Shown here piece by piece: positions 38,868 to 48,309 of a DNA stretch of 64,000 nucleotides. Source of the stretch: an uncultured Candidatus Saccharibacteria bacterium (GTDB lineage Bacteria; Patescibacteriota; Dojkabacteria; B142; JAFGMG01); contig CAYMJM010000001.1 of NCBI GenBank assembly GCA_964391325.1, forward strand, positions 1,438-65,437, read 5' to 3'. Position numbers and translations under genes: made by a program. The notes beneath the pieces are model-generated. The model was not told the DNA's origin and searched no databases. It saw nothing but the letters and a program-made list of their open reading frames with translations. Each line of letters starts with the position of its first letter. Position 1 is the stretch's first letter.

Positions 38868-41795
38868 CTATAAAAATTCCTTAAGGTCAACAGGTTCGTC
38901 AAAATGTAGGCTGGATATATGCAGGTACGCCTGCCTTACTAATTCCCTAATACGTTCTGTGTCTATCTTGTCTGCAGTAAATATTTCGGATTTTATATTG
39001 CCTCTTGAATCTGGTTTAATAAAAGCAATCTCAAATTCGACAGGAATAAAATCAAACCTATCATCTAGTTCTATAAGCATTTTATAAAATTGTAATTGTC
39101 TAAGCAGTTTTCCATCTGATGATTTAGTTTTACCTAGAATTTCATTCCTCGATCTCGGACGGCTGGTCTTATAGTCTGTAATTTTTACATAGCGCTTTGA
39201 CTTGTCTATCCATTCTAATTTGTCTATTTTTCCCGTTAGGGAAATGCTGTCAAGTGCAATATTTCGATTTTTAAAATTAAATTCAACTTCCGCACAGGGT
39301 TTTGATATAGTCTTTAATATCTCAAAATATTTACTGAAAAGGTTTTCTGCCTCTGTCTTTATTGTAGTAGCCTCTGATTCAATAAGGTATTCTCTTTTTA
39401 ATATCAGATCAACAAGGCCTAAATAGTAAGAAAGTTCTTTTGTTTTTTTCTGGACAAAATCACGGTTAAACCTTTCGAGGAGAGCATGAATAACTGTCCC
39501 TAGGATTAGTTCTTTGGATTTTACCTTAGGTAATTTTATTATATATTCATATAAAAAGTTTCTAGGGGAGTCAATGTAGCAATTTAAAGATGTTAAACTT
39601 AATTTAAACTCGGCTAATTGTGACTTCAGGTACTCCTTTTCTAGCATAGTTAAGTCAAGTGGGGGTACCTGCTCAAGAATTATTGTATTGACAGAGTCGT
39701 TTGATGGTATAGTTTCTGTTTGTAACGCTTTTTGAGAAATCTCACTAATGAACTGAGAGCGGACCAGTGACCTTTCTTTTCCCTCTTCTATGCTTTTTTG
39801 GGGGTATGTTAATATGACTGATTTTTTCGCTCTTGTCAGACCGACATATAGTAGTCGTCTTTCCTCTTCATTGGGATCCATCTTGTTTATATTTATAGTA
39901 TCGACAACACCGCCAGGAAGTGGTATTTTATCCATCACCTTTCTATTCCCCCATACCCTATCATTCAATTTGATAATGAACACATATTCAAACTCAAGTC
40001 CTTTAGCTCTATGCACAGTCATAAAATTGACTCCTCCGATGTTGTCAGTGTAATCCATGGCTATTGATAACCGGTTTTCTTGAAGAGCTTTCAAATCATT
40101 TAACAGATTTGGCAGTGTGTAAGTCCATGAGTTCATACTTATGTTTCGGGAAAACTGAAATAATGAGATAAGAGCATTGAGTGCGTCTATATCATGCTTG
40201 TTTTTTAGGTAGTCCAGTAGACCAGATTCATAGAGAATTTTTTCAAGAAGTCTGACTAAATGCATGTTATAAGCGTCATTATTCCAATTTATTATGTTAT
40301 TTTTCAAGTTTATAATATCGTTCTCTTTTCTCTCCTGTAACAGATCCCAGAGATTTTTATTTTGAGAATAAGCTTCTCTTGCAAGTTTAAAAAGGAGAAG
40401 TCTATCTATCTGGAAAAAATCATAATTGAGTATTTCAAAAAGTAGTTGGTCATCTTCGTAAGATGCTATCGTTTTTAAAAGGTTAATAAATTTCTTTACA
40501 TATTCATTCTCAAGTATGTCTACCCTATCTTGGATGTTAATAGCCACTTTGGATTTAAGAAATACTTGTTTGATATTTGCTGTGTCTTTATGGTTTCTAT
40601 AAAGAACAGCTATCTCGGAAGGATTGACTCCGTTTTTGATTAACGTTTTCACTTCTTCCAGAACATATAATTCTTCTTGATCAGCAGTTTCAAACTCTTT
40701 GACCTCTATGAAACTTTTGGCTTTATTTGTAGATTTTAAGTTTTTATTTAATGAGCTTATCTGGTTTTCAAGAGAAGTTTTATTGTACTTAATTAGTGAC
40801 CTCGCACCATCCAGTACTTTTTGAGGACATCGATATGTCTGATTTAGTGTAATAATTTTAGTCTCTGGATACTGTTTGATGAATTCAAACATATTTTCAA
40901 CATTTGCACCCTGAAATCTATATATTGACTGGTCGTCATCTCCTACAACAAATATGTTAGGACTACGATCAAAGCTTCCCAGTAGTTTCAGTATACGGCT
41001 TTGTGCTCCATTGGTGTCCTGAAATTCATCTACTAAAATATACAGGTATTGCTCTTGGAAATTGGCCAAAAGCTCTTCGTCCTTTTCAAATCTCTCTGTG
41101 ACAAATAAAATCATATCATCGTAGTCATACAGTTCGTTTTCTTCCATGTACTCCTGATAATGTCTGTATATTTTGAGAAGTTCTGTGTTTTTATTAACTA
41201 TTTTTTCTTGCTTTAGCCATTTCCCGTAAGGTTTATTTGTTCGTGGATTGAGTTTTTCCATAGAATCTAATTCGTCTTGCTCAGCTTTTATCATGTCTTC
41301 TAGTTCATCCGCAGTAATCGCTTCTCTTTTCAGATCTGAAATGGATTTAATAATGTCATTTTTGTAAAGATGTGGATTTGAAAATGTAGTTAAGTGCTCA
41401 AGCTCGAGCTCATCAATGAATTGCTCAATTAACCTTATCTTTTCTAGATCTGTAATCTGACGTGAATTTCCGGAGAAGCCAAATTTATCTGGATATCTTT
41501 GAATTACCTCATTACAGAAAGCATGGAAAGTCATTAACTTTACTTTGTATGCATCACTACCGATAAATTCTCTGAGCTTATTGCGCATGTTTGAAGCAGC
41601 ATTATCAGTAAAGGTTAAGGCAAGAATGTTTGAAGGATGAGCGTCTGTTTCTTTCAGTATGTTGGCTATTCTTGCAGTTAAAGTGTAAGTCTTACCACTA
41701 CCTGGTCCTGCTACTAGTATAACCGGGCCTTCTATCGTTTTTACTGCTTCCAGCTGTTTGGGATTTAGGGATTTGAGAACTTCATGAAAATTCAT
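38868..41795 (-). CDS. UvrD/PcrA-like superfamily-1 helicase fused to C-terminal PD-(D/E)xK (RecB/Cas4-like) nuclease domain
   Basis: Walker A AGPGSGKTY, SF1 motifs, C-terminal GKIDKLEW...ITDYKTS nuclease core; start taken at MNFHEVLK (41795). Confidence 0.8.
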   Translation of the reverse strand: MNFHEVLKSLNPKQLEAVKTIEGPVILVAGPGSGKTYTLTARIANILKETDAHPSNILALTFTDNAASNMRNKLREFIGSDAYKVKLMTFHAFCNEVIQRYPDKFGFSGNSRQITDLEKIRLIEQFIDELELEHLTTFSNPHLYKNDIIKSISDLKREAITADELEDMIKAEQDELDSMEKLNPRTNKPYGKWLKQEKIVNKNTELLKIYRHYQEYMEENELYDYDDMILFVTERFEKDEELLANFQEQYLYILVDEFQDTNGAQSRILKLLGSFDRSPNIFVVGDDDQSIYRFQGANVENMFEFIKQYPETKIITLNQTYRCPQKVLDGARSLIKYNKTSLENQISSLNKNLKSTNKAKSFIEVKEFETADQEELYVLEEVKTLIKNGVNPSEIAVLYRNHKDTANIKQVFLKSKVAINIQDRVDILENEYVKKFINLLKTIASYEDDQLLFEILNYDFFQIDRLLLFKLAREAYSQNKNLWDLLQERKENDIINLKNNIINWNNDAYNMHLVRLLEKILYESGLLDYLKNKHDIDALNALISLFQFSRNISMNSWTYTLPNLLNDLKALQENRLSIAMDYTDNIGGVNFMTVHRAKGLEFEYVFIIKLNDRVWGNRKVMDKIPLPGGVVDTININKMDPNEEERRLLYVGLTRAKKSVILTYPQKSIEEGKERSLVRSQFISEISQKALQTETIPSNDSVNTIILEQVPPLDLTMLEKEYLKSQLAEFKLSLTSLNCYIDSPRNFLYEYIIKLPKVKSKELILGTVIHALLERFNRDFVQKKTKELSYYLGLVDLILKREYLIESEATTIKTEAENLFSKYFEILKTISKPCAEVEFNFKNRNIALDSISLTGKIDKLEWIDKSKRYVKITDYKTSRPRSRNEILGKTKSSDGKLLRQLQFYKMLIELDDRFDFIPVEFEIAFIKPDSRGNIKSEIFTADKIDTERIRELVRQAYLHISSLHFDEPVDLKEFL

Positions 41796-41832
41796 AATAT
41801 GATTATACCAGCAAATATACAGGCTGTGTTCA

Positions 41833-42978
41833 TTAGGCAATAAAATATAGCCATAATCCAACCAAAGCACAGACTATGCCAGCAAGCCAGAATCTCATAG
41901 TTACCTTTTCTTCATTCCACCCTGCTACTTCAAAGTGATGGTGGAGGGGGGCCATTTTGAAGACTCTCCTTCCGATAGTTCTTCGGGCTACTCCCTGTAT
42001 TAACGAACTACCTACCTCAGCTACAAAGGGAAATCCAATTACAGGCAATAGCATAGGAACTCGAAGTTCTAATGCAATAGTAGCTAAAAGCGCTCCTAGC
42101 GAAAGCGATCCGACGTCTCCCATTTGAAACCTGGCAGGAGGTATGTTGAAGTATAGGTACGACATTAAAGAAGCCATTACAGAGATGGTCAATAAGGTCA
42201 TTGGCATCATCTCTGTCGGTGCATCACTTAGGTAAGGTTGTAATATTTCTTGGTTAAAAGATATGGCAAAGAGAGCTCCAAATGCTGGGAGCAATAACCC
42301 TGCTGCTAAAGCATCCATTCCGTCTGAAAGATTGACAGCATTAGTCATAGCGACTACCACAAATACAACAAAGGGGATCATTAAGAAACCAATATCTATT
42401 GTTCCTAAACCAAAAAATGAGAGCTCTCCTGGATTGGTCCAGCCAGATTCAAAAAATAGCCACCAGGCCACAAGTAACCCAGCTAATGATTGTACAATGA
42501 CTTTTTCATGCGCTTGGATACCTTTGCCCGGGTTAGAACCTAAGAGGTAGAAGAATCTTTTATAGGTCAACCACGGTAGTAAAAGGATATATTTAATTCT
42601 CTGTACTTTACTTTTGTGAACTTTAATTAGTGTAACTACTCTATCGAGGTGCATTACTTTACGCTCTTTTCCGTAAATATTTAGAATGTCATCAAAAGCT
42701 CCGAGCAATGCTGAGACAAAGAATACCAACAAGGGAATCTTGGTAACATCATTCCAGTTTGCAATAACGTTCGTGAATAAAACGCTTACTACTATGATTA
42801 ACCCACCCATTATAGGGGTACCTACCTTTAATTTTCTTTTCTCAATAAGCGTAGAAAAGTCAATATCTATTTTCCTAGTAATCCCAAACTCATAAAGCAG
42901 TCGTATGATTGGGAATGCTATAAGAAAACTAAAAAAAAGATTGAGTATGGCAAATGTGGTAATTGTCTCGAAATTCAT
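41833..42978 (-). CDS. mraY: phospho-N-acetylmuramoyl-pentapeptide transferase
   Basis: 381 aa, 10 TM helices, conserved MraY cytoplasmic loops (NAVNLSDGMDALAAG; HHHFE). Confidence 0.9.
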   Translation of the reverse strand: MNFETITTFAILNLFFSFLIAFPIIRLLYEFGITRKIDIDFSTLIEKRKLKVGTPIMGGLIIVVSVLFTNVIANWNDVTKIPLLVFFVSALLGAFDDILNIYGKERKVMHLDRVVTLIKVHKSKVQRIKYILLLPWLTYKRFFYLLGSNPGKGIQAHEKVIVQSLAGLLVAWWLFFESGWTNPGELSFFGLGTIDIGFLMIPFVVFVVVAMTNAVNLSDGMDALAAGLLLPAFGALFAISFNQEILQPYLSDAPTEMMPMTLLTISVMASLMSYLYFNIPPARFQMGDVGSLSLGALLATIALELRVPMLLPVIGFPFVAEVGSSLIQGVARRTIGRRVFKMAPLHHHFEVAGWNEEKVTMRFWLAGIVCALVGLWLYFIA

Positions 42979-43144
42979 ATGAATTGTCTAATAAATCACT
43001 AGGTATTATTATGCTAATCTTTATCATTTTTGTCCAGAGCCTCATTGTTGGTTATTATAATGCATGCTATACTCAACGATGAGAAGGTTATTTAAAATAT
43101 AAGGTATTAATAACGCAGAGGATATAAAATTATTTCATAACAAA

Positions 43145-43360
43145 ATGGCTCAAAGATTGCTAAAAAAGTTAATAGCTCCTATGCAGCAAGTACTGCTACA
43201 AAGAGGTCTGTGCCCTGCCTGTACAAGGAGACTCGATGATATAAAACATAGAGATCCACGACCAAATAACACTGTGAGAGTTCAGTGTGAATGTGGTCGT
43301 ATCTATATACTAGACGTAACAACTGATACATATAGAAGAGCTATGCTGTCAGAAGTCTGA
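43145..43360 (+). CDS. small zinc-ribbon protein, unknown function
   Basis: 71 aa, CPAC ... CECG pairs. Confidence 0.35.
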   Translation: MAQRLLKKLIAPMQQVLLQRGLCPACTRRLDDIKHRDPRPNNTVRVQCECGRIYILDVTTDTYRRAMLSEV

Positions 43361-43371
43361 TACAATAGTAT

Positions 43372-44913
43372 ATGAAACTAAGCAAAGAGTACTTACAATC
43401 GCTACCATCATCCCCAGGCTGCTATATCTACAAAGATAAGTACGGGAAAGTGCTATATGTTGGCAAGGCTGTAAATATCAGAGCCAGAGTTGGCTCCTAT
43501 TTCTCTTCTGATAGAAGCCTACCTTCAAAAATCCAACTAATGCTCAAGCAAGCGGTGAAGATTGAAATTATTACAGTGGATTCTGAGGTCGAAGCTTTGA
43601 TACTTGAAACAAATTTGATAAAAAAATACCGCCCTAAATACAATAGGTTGATGAAGGATGATAAAAACTATGTATGGGTTATGTTTGATAATACAAGAGC
43701 ATTCGCGAAGCCCGAAATCGTCAGGGAAAAACGTGTTCCTAAAGCAACCTACTTTGGTCCTTATCCGCAAAAATTCCCCGCAGCAAAAGTTCTACGGAGA
43801 CTTCGGAGGTTATTTCCTTACTGCAACACTTCATTTAAAACAACTGTGATACAAAGAGGTACTAAAAAACAATATATTGGAAGAGAGGCTAGACCTTGTT
43901 TAGACTACCATCTCGGTTTATGCAGCGGGGTTTGTGCTGGACTGGCTTCGCAGACAGAGCATAGAAGAAATATAAACAATATCAAAAGATTTTTCAGAGG
44001 GGAAAAAATGTCAATTTATCAGAATTTGGAAAAAAGGATGAAAAAATTAGCAGCGCAGAAAAACTTTGAAGAGGCTGGAAAAATTCGAGATCAGCTCAGC
44101 GATCTTGAATATGTAACACAGCGAATCAGGATTGATAATACAACAGATGATGATAATTTCTTGAAAAAGAAATTAAGTACTAATCATCAAGCAATAGAAC
44201 AGCTAGGACAGAAGCTTAAAATTGATTTATTTCAAGAAAAGATCAAAACAAAAGATTTAAATACTATTAGAATTGAATGTTATGATATTTCTAATATTCA
44301 GGGTTCAAATGCGACTGGATCAATGGTAGTATTTGTAGGTGGAAGACCTGCAAAAGATCATTATAGGAAATTCAAAATACGATTGAAAACAACACCAGAT
44401 GACTTTGCCATGATGCAGGAAGTATTAACTAGAAGGTTTGGTCGTAAACCATCACAAGACCTTAGTTTTAGAGAAATCCCCGATTTAATCATAATTGACG
44501 GTGGAAAGGGGCAGTTAAGCAGTGCATATGAGATATTAGGAGGTCTAAGTATTATTAAAAGTGTTTCTATTGTTGGCTTGGCAAAGAAGCAAGAAGAAAT
44601 ATTTAAAATTGCCGAAGGAGAGTTCAAAAGAATTGTGTTACCCCGTAGGTCCAATGCTCTTTATCTGGTTCAGAGAATTAGAGATGAAGCGCATAGGTTT
44701 GCAATAGGTTATCATAGACTACTAAGATCAAAATCAAGCACAAAATCAAGGTTAGATGATGTACCTGGTATTGGAAATGTTACAAAAAAACGTCTACTGC
44801 TTGCATTTGGGAGCTTAGAGGGAATTAAAAAGGCGTCTGAGAAAGATCTCGCTACTGTTGTTCGCAACAGACGCACAGTGAATGCAATTTTAAAATTGAG
44901 AAGCGAATTATAG
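43372..44913 (+). CDS. uvrC: excinuclease ABC subunit C
   Basis: N-terminal GIY-YIG (GCYIYKD...VLYVGKAVN), UvrBC-interaction region, RNase-H-like endonuclease, C-terminal HhH; 513 aa (short). Confidence 0.9.
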   Translation: MKLSKEYLQSLPSSPGCYIYKDKYGKVLYVGKAVNIRARVGSYFSSDRSLPSKIQLMLKQAVKIEIITVDSEVEALILETNLIKKYRPKYNRLMKDDKNYVWVMFDNTRAFAKPEIVREKRVPKATYFGPYPQKFPAAKVLRRLRRLFPYCNTSFKTTVIQRGTKKQYIGREARPCLDYHLGLCSGVCAGLASQTEHRRNINNIKRFFRGEKMSIYQNLEKRMKKLAAQKNFEEAGKIRDQLSDLEYVTQRIRIDNTTDDDNFLKKKLSTNHQAIEQLGQKLKIDLFQEKIKTKDLNTIRIECYDISNIQGSNATGSMVVFVGGRPAKDHYRKFKIRLKTTPDDFAMMQEVLTRRFGRKPSQDLSFREIPDLIIIDGGKGQLSSAYEILGGLSIIKSVSIVGLAKKQEEIFKIAEGEFKRIVLPRRSNALYLVQRIRDEAHRFAIGYHRLLRSKSSTKSRLDDVPGIGNVTKKRLLLAFGSLEGIKKASEKDLATVVRNRRTVNAILKLRSEL

Positions 44914-44918
44914 CCTAC

Positions 44919-45980
44919 TTATCTATGATATAACATGTACTTTGTCCCTCTTCCCTGCCCTTCTATTTTTAAAAGTTTTTTTTCCACTAATTCTGTTAGG
45001 TCTCTATACGCAGTCATTGTACTTACATCCATCATATGAACGTAATCCTCTCTTTTAACTGTTGGAATGGTTTGCAGGTACCTTAGTATTTTTAACTGTC
45101 TTTTATTTAGATCTAGAAAGGGTTGTTTAGAACCTTTTTCTTCGTCACGAACCGATTTTCGCATCTCTTCTTTTGTTTCTCTCATATCAGAGGCAAGATT
45201 TTTAGTAAGCCTCTCTAGCCAGATGGTGATGTTCTTCCCTTCTGTTTTTCCCGTATTATTTTTAATTTGATTCCAGGCATCTAAATACTCATCTTCATAT
45301 ACGTCAAAATTTCGGGAAGTTGGGAGGTAAGATTTCGCGACATATCCATTTTTATACAGTAAATAATCGGCTATTGCTATTGCCGTTAGTTTATTTGCAA
45401 AAAGAAGAGGACAGATTTCGATAAACTTCTCAATGAATACACCTACTCTTAAAAGGTCATGCACTTTGGACATGCTGTTCTTGTACCAGTCAATTAAAAG
45501 TGCTATTTGCTGTTGGACCTTCATAGGCTCTATTGATTCATCTCTTAAAGTTGCCCAGTTTTCTAGGGTAAGGTCCACACCCTCTCCGCCAGTTCTAAAT
45601 TTAGCCTCCCAGCTCTCTCGCCAGTCAGTCAGCAAAATTTTATTTAAGTGCAGAATAATGTTTAAATCTATATCTACATAAGTGTCTGAAATATTGGATC
45701 TGGTAAACTCTAAGACATTTCTATAGTTATTTAGAACTGTGCCTCTAATATCTTCAGTAACAACTCTTTTCCCTTCGCTGACTTTTTCTGCATCTCTTAG
45801 GGTTAAGTTTACATTTAAAATATGCGCGAAGTGAAACAAGTCTAAAGTTTTTGCTCTTTGGCTTAGTCTATTCCTGGTGCGTGTAGAAAAAACGGTATTT
45901 TCAACAGCTTGTTTGTCAATTTCAAGTTTGACTATGTTATTTAAGATATTATCTGTGATGGTATAGTTAGGCTCGTACAT
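44919..45980 (-). CDS. Fic/DOC-like protein with degenerate active-site motif and C-terminal winged HTH
   Basis: Helical core resembles the Fic fold, but the canonical HPFx(D/E)GNGR is replaced by CPLLFANKL; C-terminal wHTH (KILRYLQTIP...YRDLTELVEKKLL); immediately downstream of tRNA-Thr. Confidence 0.35.
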   Translation of the reverse strand: MYEPNYTITDNILNNIVKLEIDKQAVENTVFSTRTRNRLSQRAKTLDLFHFAHILNVNLTLRDAEKVSEGKRVVTEDIRGTVLNNYRNVLEFTRSNISDTYVDIDLNIILHLNKILLTDWRESWEAKFRTGGEGVDLTLENWATLRDESIEPMKVQQQIALLIDWYKNSMSKVHDLLRVGVFIEKFIEICPLLFANKLTAIAIADYLLYKNGYVAKSYLPTSRNFDVYEDEYLDAWNQIKNNTGKTEGKNITIWLERLTKNLASDMRETKEEMRKSVRDEEKGSKQPFLDLNKRQLKILRYLQTIPTVKREDYVHMMDVSTMTAYRDLTELVEKKLLKIEGQGRGTKYMLYHR

Positions 45981-46024
45981 TTGTATTGTTATAATTTAAG
46001 AAGTGGACACGGTATTCAAGACCA

Positions 46025-46097
46025 AGCTGGTTGTGAGAGTCGAACTCACGACCTATCCCTTACGAAGGGAGTGCTCTACCAACTGAGCTAAACCAGC
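46025..46097 (-). tRNA. tRNA-Thr(CGT)
   Basis: Acceptor GCTGGTT/AACCAGC, D-arm GCTC/GAGC, anticodon loop TTCGTAA, T-arm GTGAG-TTCGACT-CTCAC; one C-U mismatch at 27:43; no encoded CCA. Confidence 0.8.
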
Positions 46098-46172
46098 ATT
46101 GTAGCTAAATTCTAGTAAGTTAACTTATGATAACATAAGCATATCATTTTGTGTATCATTTTACGCAACTTT

Positions 46173-46835
46173 TCAATGAACTGGCTGATCTGTAGTTTTT
46201 ATAAGCTGTGCGTTGTAGGCATCTAGTATGTATGTTGTTACAGGCGTATTCTTTTTATCCCCTGCTGTACTTATTTCTTCTATTTTCCAAACATAGCCGT
46301 AGTCTTCTGTTTCTCCTAAATACATGCTGTAATAATTAGCTTGAGGGTCAAGGCCATTGGCTACAGCACTTTTATATATGACGCTCGAATTCAAAACTCT
46401 ATTATAATCTTTGGGGTAACTTATATTCTCGTATCGTAAGTCGTCCTCGTTAATTTTTTCAGAGTTCTTTAATGGATCGACAATAACTTCTCCTTCTTTA
46501 TATTGAACAGTAAGTATAGAATATTTAATTTTAGAGTAATAAATACAATCCCATGTGTAAAATTTTCCTTCGTCAACTCCTAGCAACCCAAATTGCGTAG
46601 AATCTGGCGCAATCCCAGTGCAGCTATATAGCCTGGCATCAGAAGACCACTGTTCTGCTTTTTTAGAAGTACTAATAACAGCTTCGTAGCTATCACGTTC
46701 ATCATATTCAGGAGATGTGGCAAGGTTATTCTGGCTAGTCTTTTTACTGCTTATGTCAAGCAGTAAAAAAGCGCCTAATCCAAGTAGAATAATCAGAAAA
46801 ATTCCTGTAGCTATTTTTATTAATTTAGGGTTCAT
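46173..46835 (-). CDS. membrane-anchored extracytoplasmic protein, unknown function
   Basis: 220 aa, N-terminal TM (IATGIFLIILLGLGAFLLL) then Tyr/Asp-rich soluble domain. Confidence 0.45.
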   Translation of the reverse strand: MNPKLIKIATGIFLIILLGLGAFLLLDISSKKTSQNNLATSPEYDERDSYEAVISTSKKAEQWSSDARLYSCTGIAPDSTQFGLLGVDEGKFYTWDCIYYSKIKYSILTVQYKEGEVIVDPLKNSEKINEDDLRYENISYPKDYNRVLNSSVIYKSAVANGLDPQANYYSMYLGETEDYGYVWKIEEISTAGDKKNTPVTTYILDAYNAQLIKTTDQPVH

Positions 46836-47145
46836 AATGATTATATAAAAATGTAGTTTAATATACTATAAATTAAAGTTAAGATTATATAGTGTTTTAT
46901 CTTAATACTTACAAATCTAAAATGCTCTATATTAGAAGATTTTTGACATTAGAGGTGCACTCCCCACTAAATGTCTAGGCGAGACAATGACTAAACTACC
47001 TTGGAAGGTTTACTGATTGACCAGTATACTCTCCCCTCACAAAACCATAATCAGTACTGACTAGCTTTAAATCCTCTTGTGTTTTCCATGTGGCGTTTGG
47101 GGACTACAAAAGTCGTTTATTTGTTTCCCTAATTCGTAGCTTATC

Positions 47146-47667
47146 TTAATTATATCTGAATCTAACTTTCTGGGTCTTCTCTCTAGTACTGACATAAGCG
47201 ACAATGTCTATATCAGGTGAGGCTAGTTGAACCATAGTTCCTACGCCAGGCTGCTCATATAGACTGACACCTGGAATTTCCTGCTTTTCAACTTGTTTGA
47301 TAAGTTCGTTGTATTGAGCGTCTTCAGTATAAAAGTCAACATCACCTAGGTACTGTCCGTATGGTGTTGGATCGGGCTTTCTTATATACAAGTAAGTATA
47401 AGCTACTTCAGGCGCATCCCTGTTTGCTGGAAAAATTATTGGCTCATGTAATCTAAAATATTTACGGTTTGGCTCGCTAGAAGCCTCGGTTAGCTGAGTA
47501 CGTAATTTGACTAGAAATTCATACTCATTATCAAAGTGACAAAACACTCCTATGTTACCTGGATTAGGGAAGTAATGATTGAAGGATTGCTTACATAGTT
47601 TATAGGCAGAATAGTGAATGTATTTAATGCGTTTTAACAATTCATCCGCTGTGTTAATTGGGGTCAT
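47146..47667 (-). CDS. hypothetical cytoplasmic protein
   Basis: 173-aa ORF starting 20 nt downstream of tRNA-Gly(CCC); no motifs. Confidence 0.4.
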   Translation of the reverse strand: MTPINTADELLKRIKYIHYSAYKLCKQSFNHYFPNPGNIGVFCHFDNEYEFLVKLRTQLTEASSEPNRKYFRLHEPIIFPANRDAPEVAYTYLYIRKPDPTPYGQYLGDVDFYTEDAQYNELIKQVEKQEIPGVSLYEQPGVGTMVQLASPDIDIVAYVSTREKTQKVRFRYN

Positions 47668-47686
47668 AGGTTTGTATTGATAAAAA

Positions 47687-47759
47687 AGCGAACGACGAGA
47701 TTCGAACCCGCGACCTCTTCCTTGGGAAGGAAGCGTTCTACCAACTGAACTACGTTCGC
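47687..47759 (-). tRNA. tRNA-Gly(CCC)
   Basis: Acceptor GCGAACG/CGTTCGC, anticodon stem CTTCC/GGAAG, loop TTCCCAA, T-arm GCGGG-TTCGAAT-CTCGT (two G-U pairs), discriminator U, followed by a T-run. Confidence 0.85.
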
Positions 47760-47805
47760 TTATACCTAGATATTAATACTTTTCCGTTGATTTGAAAAGA
47801 GACTG

Positions 47806-48309
47806 TCAAACTTTATAAGCAATAAGTTTCCCTGTCTTTTTTATTTGTTCAAAGCCTTCTAAATGAAACGTGTTAGTTATAATTCGGGTCCCTGGTCTAA
47901 GCTCCTGCTTAAATTTTCCTGCCAAATCAGACATAGTTGCCGGTAATAGGTAACAAAAAATCACATCATAGTCTCTTAGATTAACTTTATATAGATTTTT
48001 TCTTTCCACTTGAACGTCTGTGTGTGTGATTGCAGCCTTCACTTTTGTATAAGTCACAAGGAAAGGGTTTAATTCAACACCAACTACAATCTTGGCATGC
48101 TTGCTGGCCTCAAATAAAATTCTACCATCTCCCGAGCCTAAGTCTATAACTTTATCATCTTTACCGATATCAGCTATCTCAACCATATTCCTAACTAATT
48201 TTTTATTTGAAGGATAGTAAGGGGGAGATCCAAATACCGGCGGGATAAACCAGTAGCACAAAAAAATCGCATATGTAAAAAGTAATAGTAACAAAAGTAT
48301 TTCAACCAT
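47806..48309 (-). CDS. class I SAM-dependent methyltransferase
   Basis: N-terminal TM, motif I VIDLGSGDGRILF, acidic motif II. Confidence 0.7.
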   Translation of the reverse strand: MVEILLLLLLFTYAIFLCYWFIPPVFGSPPYYPSNKKLVRNMVEIADIGKDDKVIDLGSGDGRILFEASKHAKIVVGVELNPFLVTYTKVKAAITHTDVQVERKNLYKVNLRDYDVIFCYLLPATMSDLAGKFKQELRPGTRIITNTFHLEGFEQIKKTGKLIAYKV

